Shown here one piece after another: positions 12,913-26,800 of a stretch of DNA of 64,000 nucleotides. Within the stretch, counting starts at the first letter, position 1, and every line of letters begins with the position of its first letter. This DNA comes from Bugula neritina (Eukaryota; Animalia; Bryozoa), in the NCBI GenBank assembly GCA_964035545.1, contig OZ037768.1:21001700-21065699 (forward strand). Reading direction: 5' to 3'. The notes beneath the pieces were generated by a model. It searched no databases. It had not been told where the DNA came from and saw only the letters and a program-made list of their open reading frames with translations. The translations under genes were made by a program, and so were the position numbers.

Positions 12913-14709
12913 TTATGTGACAGATTGATCTTGCTCAACATCATCATCTGGTGGAGTCCATGATACTTCACAAGCTAAGAGTATATCATAATAATATTAT
13001 TGTTACAACTTGATGCTAATTGCTTGCCTAATTAGGCAAATGTTTTGATTTGAAACAGCCACTAAACTAAGTAATTTTTTGAAATCCGAAACTTTCCAAA
13101 TGGCAGCCATGAATTTTGTATAGAAATCTCGCAAGCTGAAAGGCCTGTAAATCTACTAGCTAATATATTGCAAAACTACCCACCTTGATAAGCCTCTGGG
13201 TATCTTGTTTTTATAGTTTGCCTTAATAATCTGAAAAATAAAGTTACGGAGATATATATTTACAGATATTTTTATTGATATTAATATTAATAGCTATTTT
13301 TAGGGATGACAAATGAGAACAAAAATCCACATAAAACGCATATATTCAGTAAACTGAGAAAAGTTATTGCGCCATAGCATATGGATAATAAATAATTCAC
13401 AAAGTAAAATTTTAAAAAACTCGTGCATTTACTTAAAATTTGCAAAAGGAAACTTTTAAAATAACCTAGAATTCACGTTACATGTTTGAAAAAACAAGCT
13501 TCCGAACCTCTTTGATAACTCATGCACTATTATTAACCTTATTTTTGAGAACAAATGATGAACAATGAACAATAAACTTCTCTACTACGCTCAGTCCAGA
13601 AACAATCATACTCAAACGTCATCTAAAATACCACAATTTACTCCAGTAGAGCACAAAATTGCAAAAACTACTTTAATACTAATTTTTAAATAGACAAACC
13701 TTATCCGCCTGAAGACAGAGTCTAGGCCTTGCTTCATTTCTTGCAGCATTACAATGTGTTTTCTGAAGTCACTATTGATAGCTTCATACCTCACTTCACA
13801 CAAAGCACTCACTCTTGAGAGAGTTTCATTGGTTTTCTCAAACCTAGAGAGGCTGCAATGCAACAAATACTAACAAATAATTTCAGACCACTGCAAGGAG
13901 CGAAATTGTGAAATGAAATTTAGGGAAAAGTATTTAAAATTTTAAAGTGCACTAAAAGAAAATTAAAATGAATAAAAAACCAAAGAAGATTACATTCATG
14001 AGCTAAACTAATTTTCTGACATGTTCCAACTAGTACTTATAGTAGAAGTAGTTAGCTGCCAGTCAAATAAAACAATTGAGTCACTGTAACTGTGAATGTT
14101 GGTACTATTATTGCAATTGAATTGCTACTAGTACTACTGTTGGTACTAGTAGCACTAATTGAAGCTAATAAAACAATTAATATATTATTATATTTAATTT
14201 TATTACATCTACCTCGAGTCACTATGACTATTGGGTGCATGTCATTTCGCACACAAGTTGTTTCGTACTCACTTTTTCAGGTCCCCCAAACCTATTGCAA
14301 TAATAGCTAATACTAATTAGCTTTATTAAGTAGTATTAATAAATTTATTTAATTAATTATTAATTTAATACTTAATTAATATATTTAATTAACTATTATT
14401 AATTTAATATCTAATACTATTACTATTACTATTACTATTAGTATTACTATTAGTATTACTATTAGTATTACTATTAGATATTAAATTTAATCATTAATCA
14501 TTAATGATTATTAAATTAAATCATGAGTATAACTATAAATAAGCAATTGCTTACATAAAATTTTGCGTTTCGATAACTTCTTGAAGATCTCTAGAATTTA
14601 TCAAATCCTTTAAATAACCCGAAATAACATCTGCAGCAGGTTGCTTATTGTTTACTTCTGATGGTTGTTCTTTACATTCACCAAATTCAATCTTTTCATT
14701 GTTCGCCAT
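12913..14709 (-). CDS. KXD1: KxDL motif-containing protein 1 (BORC subunit 4), 138 aa; exons 14709-14555, 13852-13700, 13230-13184, 12974-12913
   Basis: Spliced product ...LINSRDLQEVIETQNFI|LSRFEKTNETL...FRKHIVMLQEMKQGLDSVFRRIR|LLRQTIKTRYPEAYQ matches the family signatures RFEKTNE.L, EMK.DLD.+FRRIR and YPEA. Confidence 0.92.
14411..14478. repeat. Hexamer-periodic simple repeat in KXD1 intron 1; reads (TAGTAATACTAA)n on the KXD1 sense strand
   Basis: ctaatactattactattactattactattagtattactattagtattactattagtattactattag. Confidence 0.85.
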
Positions 14710-14869
14710 AGTTGTATCATGTGACCTTAGCAGGTGTTCCTTTCACTATTGAATTTCAATACATCCTGCTTTCTTTTCAGAAAAAGCAAATACCACCCGC
14801 TTCATTGAATAACCTTAGCCTATAGAACTTGATTTCACCTTGAGCAATGATCTTAATCTGTTAAATGTT
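14710..14869. promoter_or_regulatory. Bidirectional promoter and 5' UTRs shared by KXD1 and DENND6
   Basis: Start codons are head-to-head, 160 bp apart (14709 on minus, 14870 on plus). Confidence 0.7.
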
Positions 14870-17800
14870 ATGGAACCCGAAGATGGTGAGAGTCAGAAGG
14901 TTTTCGAACCACCAGCATCATTTTGTTCCTCTCTTCAAGGTTCTTTAGAAGGGCTAGATGATAATCTTAAATTAAATCCTAATAAGCATTCTTTGTTACC
15001 ATGGGACCGGTTCTCACACTGGATACATTGCATATGCATAGTTACTTTTGATTTAGAAGTTGGACAGGCAATTGAGGTAATAATTAGTATTACTATTACT
15101 ATAAGTATAACTGTAAGTATTAGTATAACTGTAACATTATAGAATATTGACAATAACACTCATGTTACTAAACACCAAACAGTGGCAGTAGTTGCAACAT
15201 TTTAATTTTTAATTTCAGTCAAAGCCCACTAAACAAAATTTACAATAACAATGTAATTAAAATTGAATTAACATATGTAATACTAATTGTATGCAACTTT
15301 GCAACATGAATATTGATATTCATAATCATAATGATAATGATCATCACAATGATAATCATAACTATATTCAATATCAATATTGTTATCACTTCATGGTCAT
15401 ATTGGTGTTCATAATATTACTTATAATATTGATAATATGAATGGAAATATTGTTGAATTTAGTATTATAATTGATAATTATAATATTTATATTTATCTTA
15501 TAATTATGCTAACAATAACATTAAATTTAGTATCATTAATATATTGAATAATAATAATAAAGTTTAAATTTTCAACTAAATTAATATTGCATATATTATT
15601 CATAATTATAATATAGGCTATTTATTTAATGACATTTACTGATTACATATTAGTGATTTAATTTTATTATTATTTGGTATAGTTTTTTATTATTTGTTAG
15701 TAGTCGCCATGTGATGTGGATTTCACAGTAATAGTCCAGTCTTCTCTCATCAATAAATTTTCTTATATAATAATGCACTTACATTCATACAAATTCATAA
15801 TGGTCAGGCAGAGTGTATTGTCACATGTGTTTGGTTAAGTTTTGAGATAGAGATCATGCTTTTGATGTTAGCAATGAATAGGGAATTAATGTACAATAAT
15901 GATGTAATATAATATTATAATATGATATTTATTGATGTGTCTATTTGTCATGTGCTTTTAGCATTTTGTGGTTTCACACTATGTTGTGATGTTTTGTTCT
16001 CAATTTTTTTTCAATTTTGCAGCTGATATATCCCAGACATGTAGCCCTAACAGACACAGAGGTAAGGATATGAATAAACAGAACTTATTTTATCTTTGTA
16101 ATCAAATTTTACTAGTTGTATTTGGTAGAAATTTCAGTTTTGTATAATCTTGATAGTTTCACAAGTTTCTCTTATTATTTGTGTGTTTTTAAATCACTAT
16201 GTCAAAACCTCTATAGGCAAGCTATAGATACTGTATAAAGGTGGTTAAATTTCAGAACTGTTGAATTTACATATAATACAGCTTCTCCTTCTAGAATCTG
16301 TATTTATAGCTTAGGGTTTTTCCAGCTGTATGTATGTCAACATTTGTAGCCTTGGGTTTCTGTTTTAGAGAGCAAATGTTTGTTATCTCGCCTTTCCAGA
16401 CTCCAACTCAGGTAATGTTATAGATTGTGAGATTCTGGTGTCTCCTGTGGGTAGACTTGACTTACATGCATGTACTTGTGTTTATTTATAGACCAAATAA
16501 CATCAACCCTAAGTTACCACCATAAATGTATTATTTTTTGGTCCCTATGTCAAAATATGTTTTTATATCATGAGGCAGTGCATTGTGCTAGTACAGAAAA
16601 TTAGTGTGCTAAATAAATCAGTCAGTTGACATTGCCAGCCATCTTGGACGACTTTGTCAAGGGCGGCTGAAGATAGCAAATCTTGTCCTGTTGTAAAAAG
16701 CAGATCCAACTGTAAATCAATTTAACTGCATCCTCAAACTACGTCTCAGATATTGTTATAAAATCTAATTATTGACATACTGTAGCTCTGCTTATGCAGT
16801 GATTAGTTTTGGTAACTTCATTATCTAGCATGGCTTAAGTTATTTGACACAAAAATGTCTAATAGCCACTTTAAATACCCACTGTTGTGATTAGCTTATT
16901 TTATGTAATCATTGTAATTAACAAAGATTTTGTTCAGCAATAACACAAAATAATATTTCACTTGTAGCTATTCAATTTATTAATTATTTTAAACTTTTGT
17001 AGATTAACTGTTGTATTATGACGTTTGTGAGCTAAAAGATAATTTTTATTTTTAACTTGTTTTCAAATTACTTTCAACAAATTATTTTATGTTTTTGGAT
17101 ACGTCTGCAGGATGTATGGGAGATACGTGTTATCACTTTCGCATACGTCAATGTTTGAAGACGAGGTCAGCTGCAGAAAGAAATTGCACGGAGATGAGAG
17201 CATACAATGAGCAAGCTGCAGTTGCTCTGCAGGTAACACTTCTTGTTAATATTCTGTATCTAGTCTTTATTATTACATACTTTTCACTGTTGTGTAAAGT
17301 TTTGGCCGTTGTCTTTCTTAACAGAGTATATCGAAGTAGTAGTAAAAGTGGCACTGATTATTGGTTACTGTTGATGAAGTTATCTTACTTTTTTAAAATT
17401 ATTTATATTTAATTCTCTTTTAATATGTAGCATTATATGAAAAACTCGTGTGGGTTAATAGTAGATGTCCTTGCTAGAACCCTTTTTAAGTAGGCTAATG
17501 ACTTGTGTTCTATTGTGGTTAAGGAACCATTATGCTTGAATGCCCTTCCTAACATCACCTATGGCTTTTATTGGATTCGAATCATTGACCTTGTGTTTAT
17601 TAAGTCAATGTTCTACATACTAGACCACTCCTGCTCTCTAAACTTATACATCTACTGGTTTAACGATTAATGCAGTTTGTTCTACTTTGATTCCACCTCT
17701 AGCCATTTCCTTTTTTTATTTCTGTTGGCTCTGAACTGAATTGTGGGTCACATGTGCAAGTTAATTTTTCTCAGTGCCATTTGTTTACTCTAAAGCCTCA

Positions 17801-20800
17801 CCATCCTGAGTTGTATTTGTAATAAACACCAGTAATTGTTACCTGTACTTGGTGATGATAAATGCAGTCTCAGCGAGAGAAGATAACTGTTAATTGATGT
17901 AATAGTACAATATATTTTATTGTAGGTGGAGAAAGGACATTATTTTGGATATGTATACTTCAGACAGATGAAAGACAAATCTATTCGAAGGGGTTATTTT
18001 CAAAAGGTGATTTTATTAATCTTTAATCAAAATTTTTATATTTTGAATGCAGAATTTATAATAAAAAATCTGCTATTGTAAAGTGTCGAATGTAAAAACA
18101 AAGAAGGATGTACATAATTACTACTAAAACTATGTTGAAAAATTTATAAATTGGTATTGGCTGTAAACGCTTGGAAGTAAAGTTTATGAATTTAAATTAA
18201 CTTTAAAATTAAATTTTCTCCACTTGTTAACAACTTGTTTGCATGTCAGATGTCCTTTAATTTGTGCAGCTGTACTTGTTTTAGTCTGTGGTCATACTCA
18301 CAAGATTACCCTTTGTCAACCTTTTCACCAAGGTAGTCAATATAATAGCCCCAGAATTCTTTGAAAACGGAGAGCCCGGGCTAGAGGCAGGTAAGGGAAT
18401 TTCATAAGACGTTATCATACAGCTCATTGTTTAACTATTCAGTTAGAAATATCTTGCAGTCTAAATGTGTTATTTTAGCTTGTCATGACATAGACCAGTG
18501 GCCCGTAGTTTCGGCAGGGGAGGAGCTGAACCTGCCCGTAATGGGAACAGTTATACAGACTAGGATACCATGCTGCACTGATAAACTTACTGGCCCAACC
18601 TACCTATCACCGAGGCAACCCTTTCCGGTAAATAAAATTTCTCTTTAGTACCTGCTTTGTTGTACACTTTATGTTGTGTGCTATGATTGGACAGATGCCA
18701 AGATTACTTAGCGTAATTGGGCAGATGCTATGCGTAGGAGTTATTCTAATCTAGTGTGGGCGTTTTAATGTATTTTAACTGCATTTTATCCCAAATTCTT
18801 TCAATGGCTATGTGAATTTGGGTTTGGGATGGGTTTCAGGTTTTGCAAAAAAGTTTTTTTTTGAACCAAGTTATAGAACCCCTGCTTTATGAAGTATAGT
18901 TGGTGCTGTGCCAACTGTTGAAGACTTACAGGTTATTAAGCTGTATTGTAGATGGACAATGTCACGCACAACGTTCTTCCTAATGTACACGAAGTTGATG
19001 TCTACTCCACGTTTCATTCTATTCTTCCACATATACAGCTGCTATGGGAACTAGTACTCTGTTCAGAGGTAAACCATTCTTTCTACATGCAGTTCTATTA
19101 GATTGTGATACTCTATTTCATATCATAGTTATAATTTACAAGTTTATTTGCTATGCATTTGCAAACTATGTAGGTGTATATTTTCATATTATTGTGTAAA
19201 GAGTTCCTATCACAAGTTGCTGTTAACCAGTTGTTGTAAAATAAATAATGTTTTGTATGTTCAGCCTATCGCTGTCATGGCTGCCTCCCCAAATGTTTCC
19301 TCTCAAGCTGTGCAAGCTTTAGTCGGGTGAGTTTATTGTATGATGAAATATTTAGCATTGCTTGCTACTACAGTAGATCGTACTATTACTACTACTGCTG
19401 CTGCTGCTGCCGCAGATATTATAATTTTATGTGATTTTTAGTTTAATTTGGCCGTTGAAATTTAGCACAGACTATCGGCCATTCTTTACAATACATGACA
19501 GCGATTTCAAAGAATACACCACCAGGACTCAATCAGCGTATGTTACTCAGTATATGTTACTTACTCAGTATATGTTACTTACTCAGTATATGTTACTTAC
19601 TCAGTATATGTTACTTACTCAGTATATGTTACTTACTCAGTATATGTTACTTACTCAGTATATGTTACTTACTCATTATATGTTACTTACTCATTATATG
19701 TTATTTTTATGTTTACTTACTTTACATGTGCTGTTTTTTACTTTGACTTACTATGTATTTACAATGAGTCTACAGTGTGTAAATACGAATATATAGTGTT
19801 AACTTATACTTTAATTATGTAGTAATGCTGTGTTACTGTACATGGACCAACTTTCCTAGATATACTATACTGTGTGCTTGCATTGTTAAATCAGTTGTAG
19901 TATTTGTACCAGGCCTCCAGTTATCCTTGGAGTTACGAACCCCTTCTTTGCTAAAACACTTCAGCACTGGCCGCATATTGTCAGACTCGGTGATAACTTA
20001 GACAGCAAGAAAATCAAAGTGCGAAAAGCTGGTAACTTGAAGACTCTGGACTCCAAACCAGGTGCAGCATTCGACTATTTATAGTAACGTTATAATTTAT
20101 ATGCTATTTATAGTAACACTATACTTTATGTTATATTTATAGTAATTTTATACTGTATGACATATTTAGGGTAAGAAGTTTTTGCCACCATGTCACTCTA
20201 AATTAAATACAACTAAACACACTGAGAGTTATCTTTCCAGTAGCTCAGTCGTACTGATAGATTTTATAGACGGCAGGAAATGTCTCTAGCCCTGTAATAT
20301 CATTTGAAAATTGTTCGCTTTTCAAGCTAAACAAGTATAGTCTATACTATTTATATTGTAGGTGTATATACTATGTATTATACTGTGTATTGTAGGTGAA
20401 TATACTATGTATTATACTGTGTATTGTAGATGTATATACTATGTATTATACTGTATGTTGTAGGTGAATATACTATGTATTATACTGTATGTTGTAGATG
20501 TATATACTATGTATTATACTGTATGTTGTAGGTGTATATACTATGTATTATACTGTATGTTGTAGGTGTATATACTATGTATAAACCTTTTCTGAACAAA
20601 GACAAATCATTACTAAAGAAACTGGAACAGGTACGAAGCTAATCGTATATTAAATTCTAATGGTTTATCTCATGGTTGTGTAACGAATAATATATAGAAC
20701 TGGTACACCTCTAGAATCTAGATAGATGAAAGTTTACAGGCTAGAACTAATACTGATATGACTTGGTATATAGACGTTGAGTAAGTTGAAACCGCTAAAA

Positions 20801-23800
20801 GAAATAATAATAGTTATTATTTACAATTCAAATCTCTGATAGGTCTATATATTTAAAAATGAAATCTGGTACTTTATCCCATCTAGTCAGATCTTGTGAT
20901 GAAAATGAAGAATTAAATTCCAATTATCTGCATCGCTGTAGTTATGTGTTTAGACATAGAAGTCGTGTTAACATGTTAGCATGGACTGATAATAGAAAAG
21001 TTAAACTATGTGTGTATAGTTTGTGTATAGTATGTGTATAATTCATATTGAAATTCATTTTCTACTATAAGTGCCATCAGTGCAAATATTTGGGGAAAGC
21101 AGATAATTATTTTTTTTTGCTGTAGAAGATCAAGAGATAGAACTTTGCTATAAACTTGTTTTAAAAACATATTTTTTTATGCGTCCTGTTTTCCAGTGTG
21201 AACACATGCATTGTAAGCTGTTAGTTTTCTCTTTCATATTCCTTTGCGGTGTGATAACTTCTTATTTGCTGATTATATTCAAGATACAGACCAGTCAGGT
21301 ATACTGCCCCTAATTATCTCTTCTGCTAGTATTTATACTGTTACTTCATTGAATAATATTGACGGATAGACATCAACCGCACTGATTTCTGCTAGTTTCT
21401 GCTTTTAAACTTGGGCTACAGTTTACTCTTCAATCTTTAGCTAGTTTCTTAGAATCTCTCTGACTATCAGTAAGGAGCGGGTATGTGGTCTTCCCACTAC
21501 TTCATTGCACAGTTTATGTTTATTGGTATTAATGCATGGAGGTGATTGTTTTCCATATATTTATTTGGTTAGTTTTTGTAACTTTGCAAACGGATAAAAG
21601 AAAATTTAAGCATTGCTGCACAAAAATCTGTGCTGTATAAATTTATAAATGTATCATATGTTACATTAATTTGAAAAAGTGAGCTATTTTCAATATTATC
21701 AATGTTATATATATTTGGTTTTTGTATAAACTTTTTCAGATTCCAGATTTACAATTCACATAATATTACTACATTAAGCTAACCACTGCAACTTTTATAG
21801 ACACTAATTTTGTTCTGGAAAAGTTTATGGGAGTTATTTTTTCTTTAAGGGACAAAATTATACTACAAAAAACCTTCAATTTAAGTTTTTGTTACGTCAA
21901 GTTTTAGTCTGGAGTAACCAACATATGGATGGCATTTTTGTTTGTTAAATTTTATATGTGGGCATAGCTAAACATTTGCCCTCAGTTTTTTAAAGCAATC
22001 GATTTTGCTCAGCTGAGAGCGAGAACATCCTTTATTTTAAATATATTTTTTCATTAGTTTATTAATAATGATTACAGGATAAATTTTTAGCTTTTCAGTT
22101 ATAGCTTTAGATATACATTTACAACCTCAAATAATTATTTTTAAAGTAATTTTTATTAAATTTTATATTATGACTCTGCGGTAATTTGGTGATGTTATTC
22201 ACCATAACGTGTTAGTAGTTTATACTTTTGTATAAAGTAGAATTGACAAAACGCTCGAAATTTTGATTTGCATGCAAATTAGCATCAGTTGTTATATTCA
22301 TATTGTCACATGATTTATTTGTAGTGCTTTTATTTAATTGTATTGAGCAGAAAATTTCAATTTCTATATATACTATTAGGTTTAATCTACTTTTTATTGA
22401 TGAAAACTTCATTTTTATGTTTAAGTACTCTGCTTGCAACCTTGGAATATTGGCACTAAGTTTTTATTATATATATTCCTATGTAATATGCTAGTATATT
22501 ATATTATAATTATCCCTTGAAAATGTTTAGGAAGAATATAGCTTAGATTGTCACCGCTAAGTTACTTACCATTAATTTTCTTTCATTTTCATCTAAAAAC
22601 CCACTCTGCTAACTTTCTTACAGATGTCTGCTACAGTGTAGTTGGTAGATCACATTATGTGTCATCTTGTTGTACTTAGCATTATGTTCACAGGGTGAGT
22701 CATCCAACCGACCAGTGGAAGTGCAGAACATGATGCTAAAGAAGTTCTTCGCTGAGTTGACTCATGCATTTATTCTACCTCTAGTATGTATTTCCCACTT
22801 CCTACTCTCAATATTATGTATTTAATATCTCATCAAATAATTTGTCACTCTAATATGTGTCTTTTTTAAATTTGTTGAGTTGTTTTATTACAAGCAGATG
22901 CAATAATGCAGACATTTTATAGATATATGTGTTCTGTGTGAAAAAATGGTAAAAAATAATATACTTTTAAAATATTTTCTACTCGCAGTCCAAACCAAAA
23001 TTTATCTAGACATTTAAAGAATTTGGAATGGCTTTTGTTACTGTACCTAATGGTTCAGATGTAATTTTCATATACATTCAGTTGTCTTACCCTGCCCTAT
23101 ATGGAGTTGTCCCCTTCCTGAATGTTTTGCTTCTATTAAAATGACTATTTCTGTGTAGGAAAGATATTTAACATCATTGATGCCCTTACAGAAAAGTATT
23201 AGCCCATATAAGGTAACTATTTCATACTATCACAGTATATGTTGGGGTCATTTTGTATATTTATTAGCAAGCTGCAAATTAAACTTGATCTTATGTTACA
23301 GAATATTGCTTTTTACCGGAGAATATAACACTCAGACGATTCCAAATTTTTCTATGTTTTCAAATGATTTGCTTTAACTTTTATTTGAAGACATACTGTG
23401 TTTACATAGTAAAAAATGTTTGCTACTTTCTGTTTTTACTTTCTCTGGTCTCATAGCTGCCACCATTTGTGTTCATCTTTCGTATGTAGCAGTTGGTAAA
23501 TAGCCTTGTAGTTCATCTAAAATATATTAAGTATCATAATTCTATTTTCTCAAACTCTGGTATTATATTAAAATATATGTGGTTAATGGTGTAAATATCA
23601 ATGATGTAATGATATTGTCATGTTATTCTAATGTTTACTCACTCTTGCCATACTAATTTATTTTCCAGGGAACTCCAGTGTTGGCCGAATTCAATACAGA
23701 AGAATTCATTCAGTCTTTAGATTCTTCATTGATAACCTGTGAAGTCAAAGGTGATTGGAGTGGACTATATAGGTCAGTACTAGTTATATAGGTTAGTGTT

Positions 23801-26800
23801 CATTATATAGGTCAGTGCTATAAGTTATATAGGTCAGTGCTGGTTATATAGGTCAGTGCTAGTTATATAGGTCAGTGTTGATTATATTGGTCAGATTATT
23901 ATAATATCAATGAGGTACTGTTACTGTACGTATTCAAAGCTCTAAAAAGACAGTTGAAACATTCTTCTATCCTCCTTGATGGATATGATGTTTGTGTGTT
24001 GTGTAAGGATTTTCTAACTGGTTTTAGATTTCTGGAATTTAAATTTTAAGCTTTCAGAGGACTCTAAGAATAAATATTGGATGTTTTCGCCCCAATAATT
24101 GGTTTTTGAACTGTCTAAAAATTAGGTGTTTGAAATAAGAGGTACTGATATTATTATTATTTTTAGTAAGTACTGTCTGTGACTTACATGTACCACATGT
24201 AACACAATATCGATGTGATTCTCTATTAAATTCCTTAAAACTTTTAGAGTTGTCTTGTCTAATTAAAAAGATAAGACAACCTCTAATCTGTGCAGTAAAA
24301 TTTGTAAAGCGTTATTTTAAGTGTACGATTGAATGAGGTGTGTCACAACTTGAATACTTTGCTATAATTCTATTCAAGCAAACTTTTTAGTCTACCATAA
24401 AGTTAATTTTCTTTCCATAACATACGCATTCATTTTGAGGTAGGTACAGTAATGGAGAAATTGAGGAAAAGCTGTGTCCTAGATTAAAAATGTAGCATAA
24501 GACGTTGGAAGTTAGAATTACAACCTGCTCCCTATACTAGAATTTAATATGAAAGTTGAAGAACTTGAGTTATCTAAATTTCTTCATAACTGCTCCTAAA
24601 TTTACATTTTAATAACATTTTCCTTGTACTCTCGCAGGCGTTTTTGTCAGACTGCGAATTTCCAAGGCTGGTATAATCAGAAGAGACAGGAGGCTAACAG
24701 CATTCTCCAAGAGTTGCATATCAAAACACTGTGCGACACTGATTGGCTGGATTGGTGTCAAGGTCGGCCGGAGGTCGAAGTTGTAGATCAGCTAATCAGA
24801 ATGCACGACAAACAGGTTTGTGCTGTACTGAATACAGTGCTCCCTCCGTATCTCACTTAGCTGCGGTTCCCGACATCTCACTTTGTGATATACTTTAATA
24901 CTGGAATTAACTCACGGATCTGTTGAATTCAGCCATTTTATCCCTATACACATGCCTAAGCCAATAAACTGGGGTCTAAGACTTTCTCGTGACTTATAGA
25001 ATTTTGTGAGAAATAGATCCGTGAGGTATGGACAGAGCATTGAATATATTGTAGTTTGATATTCTCATATTCCATTTCGCTTCATTCTCAGTATAGGCTC
25101 ATTTTTATTTGGTTCTGTAATTATTTGTCTGGGTTTGTGATATGTAAGGGAACAAATTTAAGAAAGGGCAAAACAACTTTACATGAATTAGCTACTTGTT
25201 GGAATACTAGCTGAAATTGTTTTCTCTCTTTCTCTGTTCTAGCTGATGCATCACCTTGTACTATTTCATCACATTGTTTCTCTTTTCAGTACTGTACGTA
25301 TACTGTTTACACAAGCTGCTTGGTATATATATGCATGTACATGTAGCGTAAGGTCACCGTGTGCATATACAGTCATTATATACTGTGAAGCAAATGATAG
25401 AAGGAATGGGGCAGAAATTTGGTGATGTGGCAACTATTTGACCATTGACCTACTGTTTTTTTATAGTGGAGGTCATGTATTGTTTCATGGTAAAAGACTG
25501 ATAACACTATGGGTGGTCCATTTTAATCATGACTCATCTATAGTTTAGTTGTTTAATGATTCAATTTTTATCTGATATTTTAGTTCAAAATACAATTGTT
25601 GAGCTTTGATTATTTTGAGTAACCACAAGATGGAGGATGTATGGGAAGGAACAGGGAAGAAAGGGAATAGTATCAGTTCTGGTAGAAAGAATAGGAGAAT
25701 GTTATTAGCATTCTGATAGGGTCATTAGTTTAGTAATATAAACAAAGATATCAGTTTCCATCTTCTGACTCTTTCATGTGATAATTGTGGGTTTGTTTAT
25801 TGGAAGTTTAAATTTCACTTGTAAATGATATGCAATGCGGTAGTTGAAGTTCTAGTGGAGAATTTTCAGTGCCTGGACTCAAATTTATAGCAATAATCAA
25901 TGAATTCATTCAACTACATTGTAATATCAACATAAAATTTGATTTAGAAATAATAGCGTTTATTCATATTGTAGAATCTTGATGCTCTTTTACAGTTAAT
26001 TTTTTGCAATACTGTGTGAAAGTTGCCTTTTCTTGTCATTGAAACAGCCACAAGGTATAACAACTCCTATTTTTCAATGGAAAACCACAACCCCAGTCTT
26101 GTTGACATTCTATGTGAGCAATTGTAGGTTGTAATGCTTTATGCAATTAATGAATAACCACTTATGGAGAAATAATAAGAAAATCTTTAATTTAAGTTAA
26201 TTCAATGGGTCCTCCAAGTTCAATGAAGCGACTGCGTTATTCAAAGTGTCTTCAGTTGTTATGTTTGTCACACACAGGTGTCTTGGAGTGTTGTCTCTTA
26301 TCTCTTGTGTTTGGAGAGTTAATATATTTAGCCTTTCTACTAATATAACTAAATTCACACGAAAGTGTTTCTAATCGCATGCAATATTTATTAGATTCAT
26401 TGATTTCCCAGTCAGTGTAGAAGCGACCTACAGTGGCCCTAGTACTAGGGAAATGAAGATGTCAAGTCTCCATTTGCAAATTCCATGACATAAAAAATGA
26501 AGCAGTCTTTAATCCTGATGTAAAACGTTAGACTTTACATGGTAGAGTTTATCTCATTTTTGATTAGGTGTAGCTAGTGTTGGCTATTCACATGCTTCTC
26601 TTATCTTTTTACAAACCATTAGTGTATCACAGCACCCTGTTTATTACCAAAACGTTTGCCTCTATCTCTTTTGTGTTTGAGATAAATTGACTGGTCTACC
26701 ATAACTATTCAAGTATCTATACAAACTGTTATTTACTCTAGGTATTTTTGAGTATAGAAAACTTTCAGATGTGTTATTCCTGTAAACATTTCAATGAAAT

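Noticed and set aside
14052-14310. Hydrophobic ORFs resembling a membrane peptide
   Set aside because: They arise from low-complexity sequence in KXD1 intron 1.
19431-19796. ORFs with (LLTQYM)n and (YLLSIC)n repeats
   Set aside because: Read-through of an intronic 18-bp minisatellite beyond the DENND6 exon 10 donor; not a repeat protein.
20343-20582. CRISPR-like regular repeats
   Set aside because: Head-to-tail units with no unique spacers, no cas genes, and an intronic eukaryotic context.
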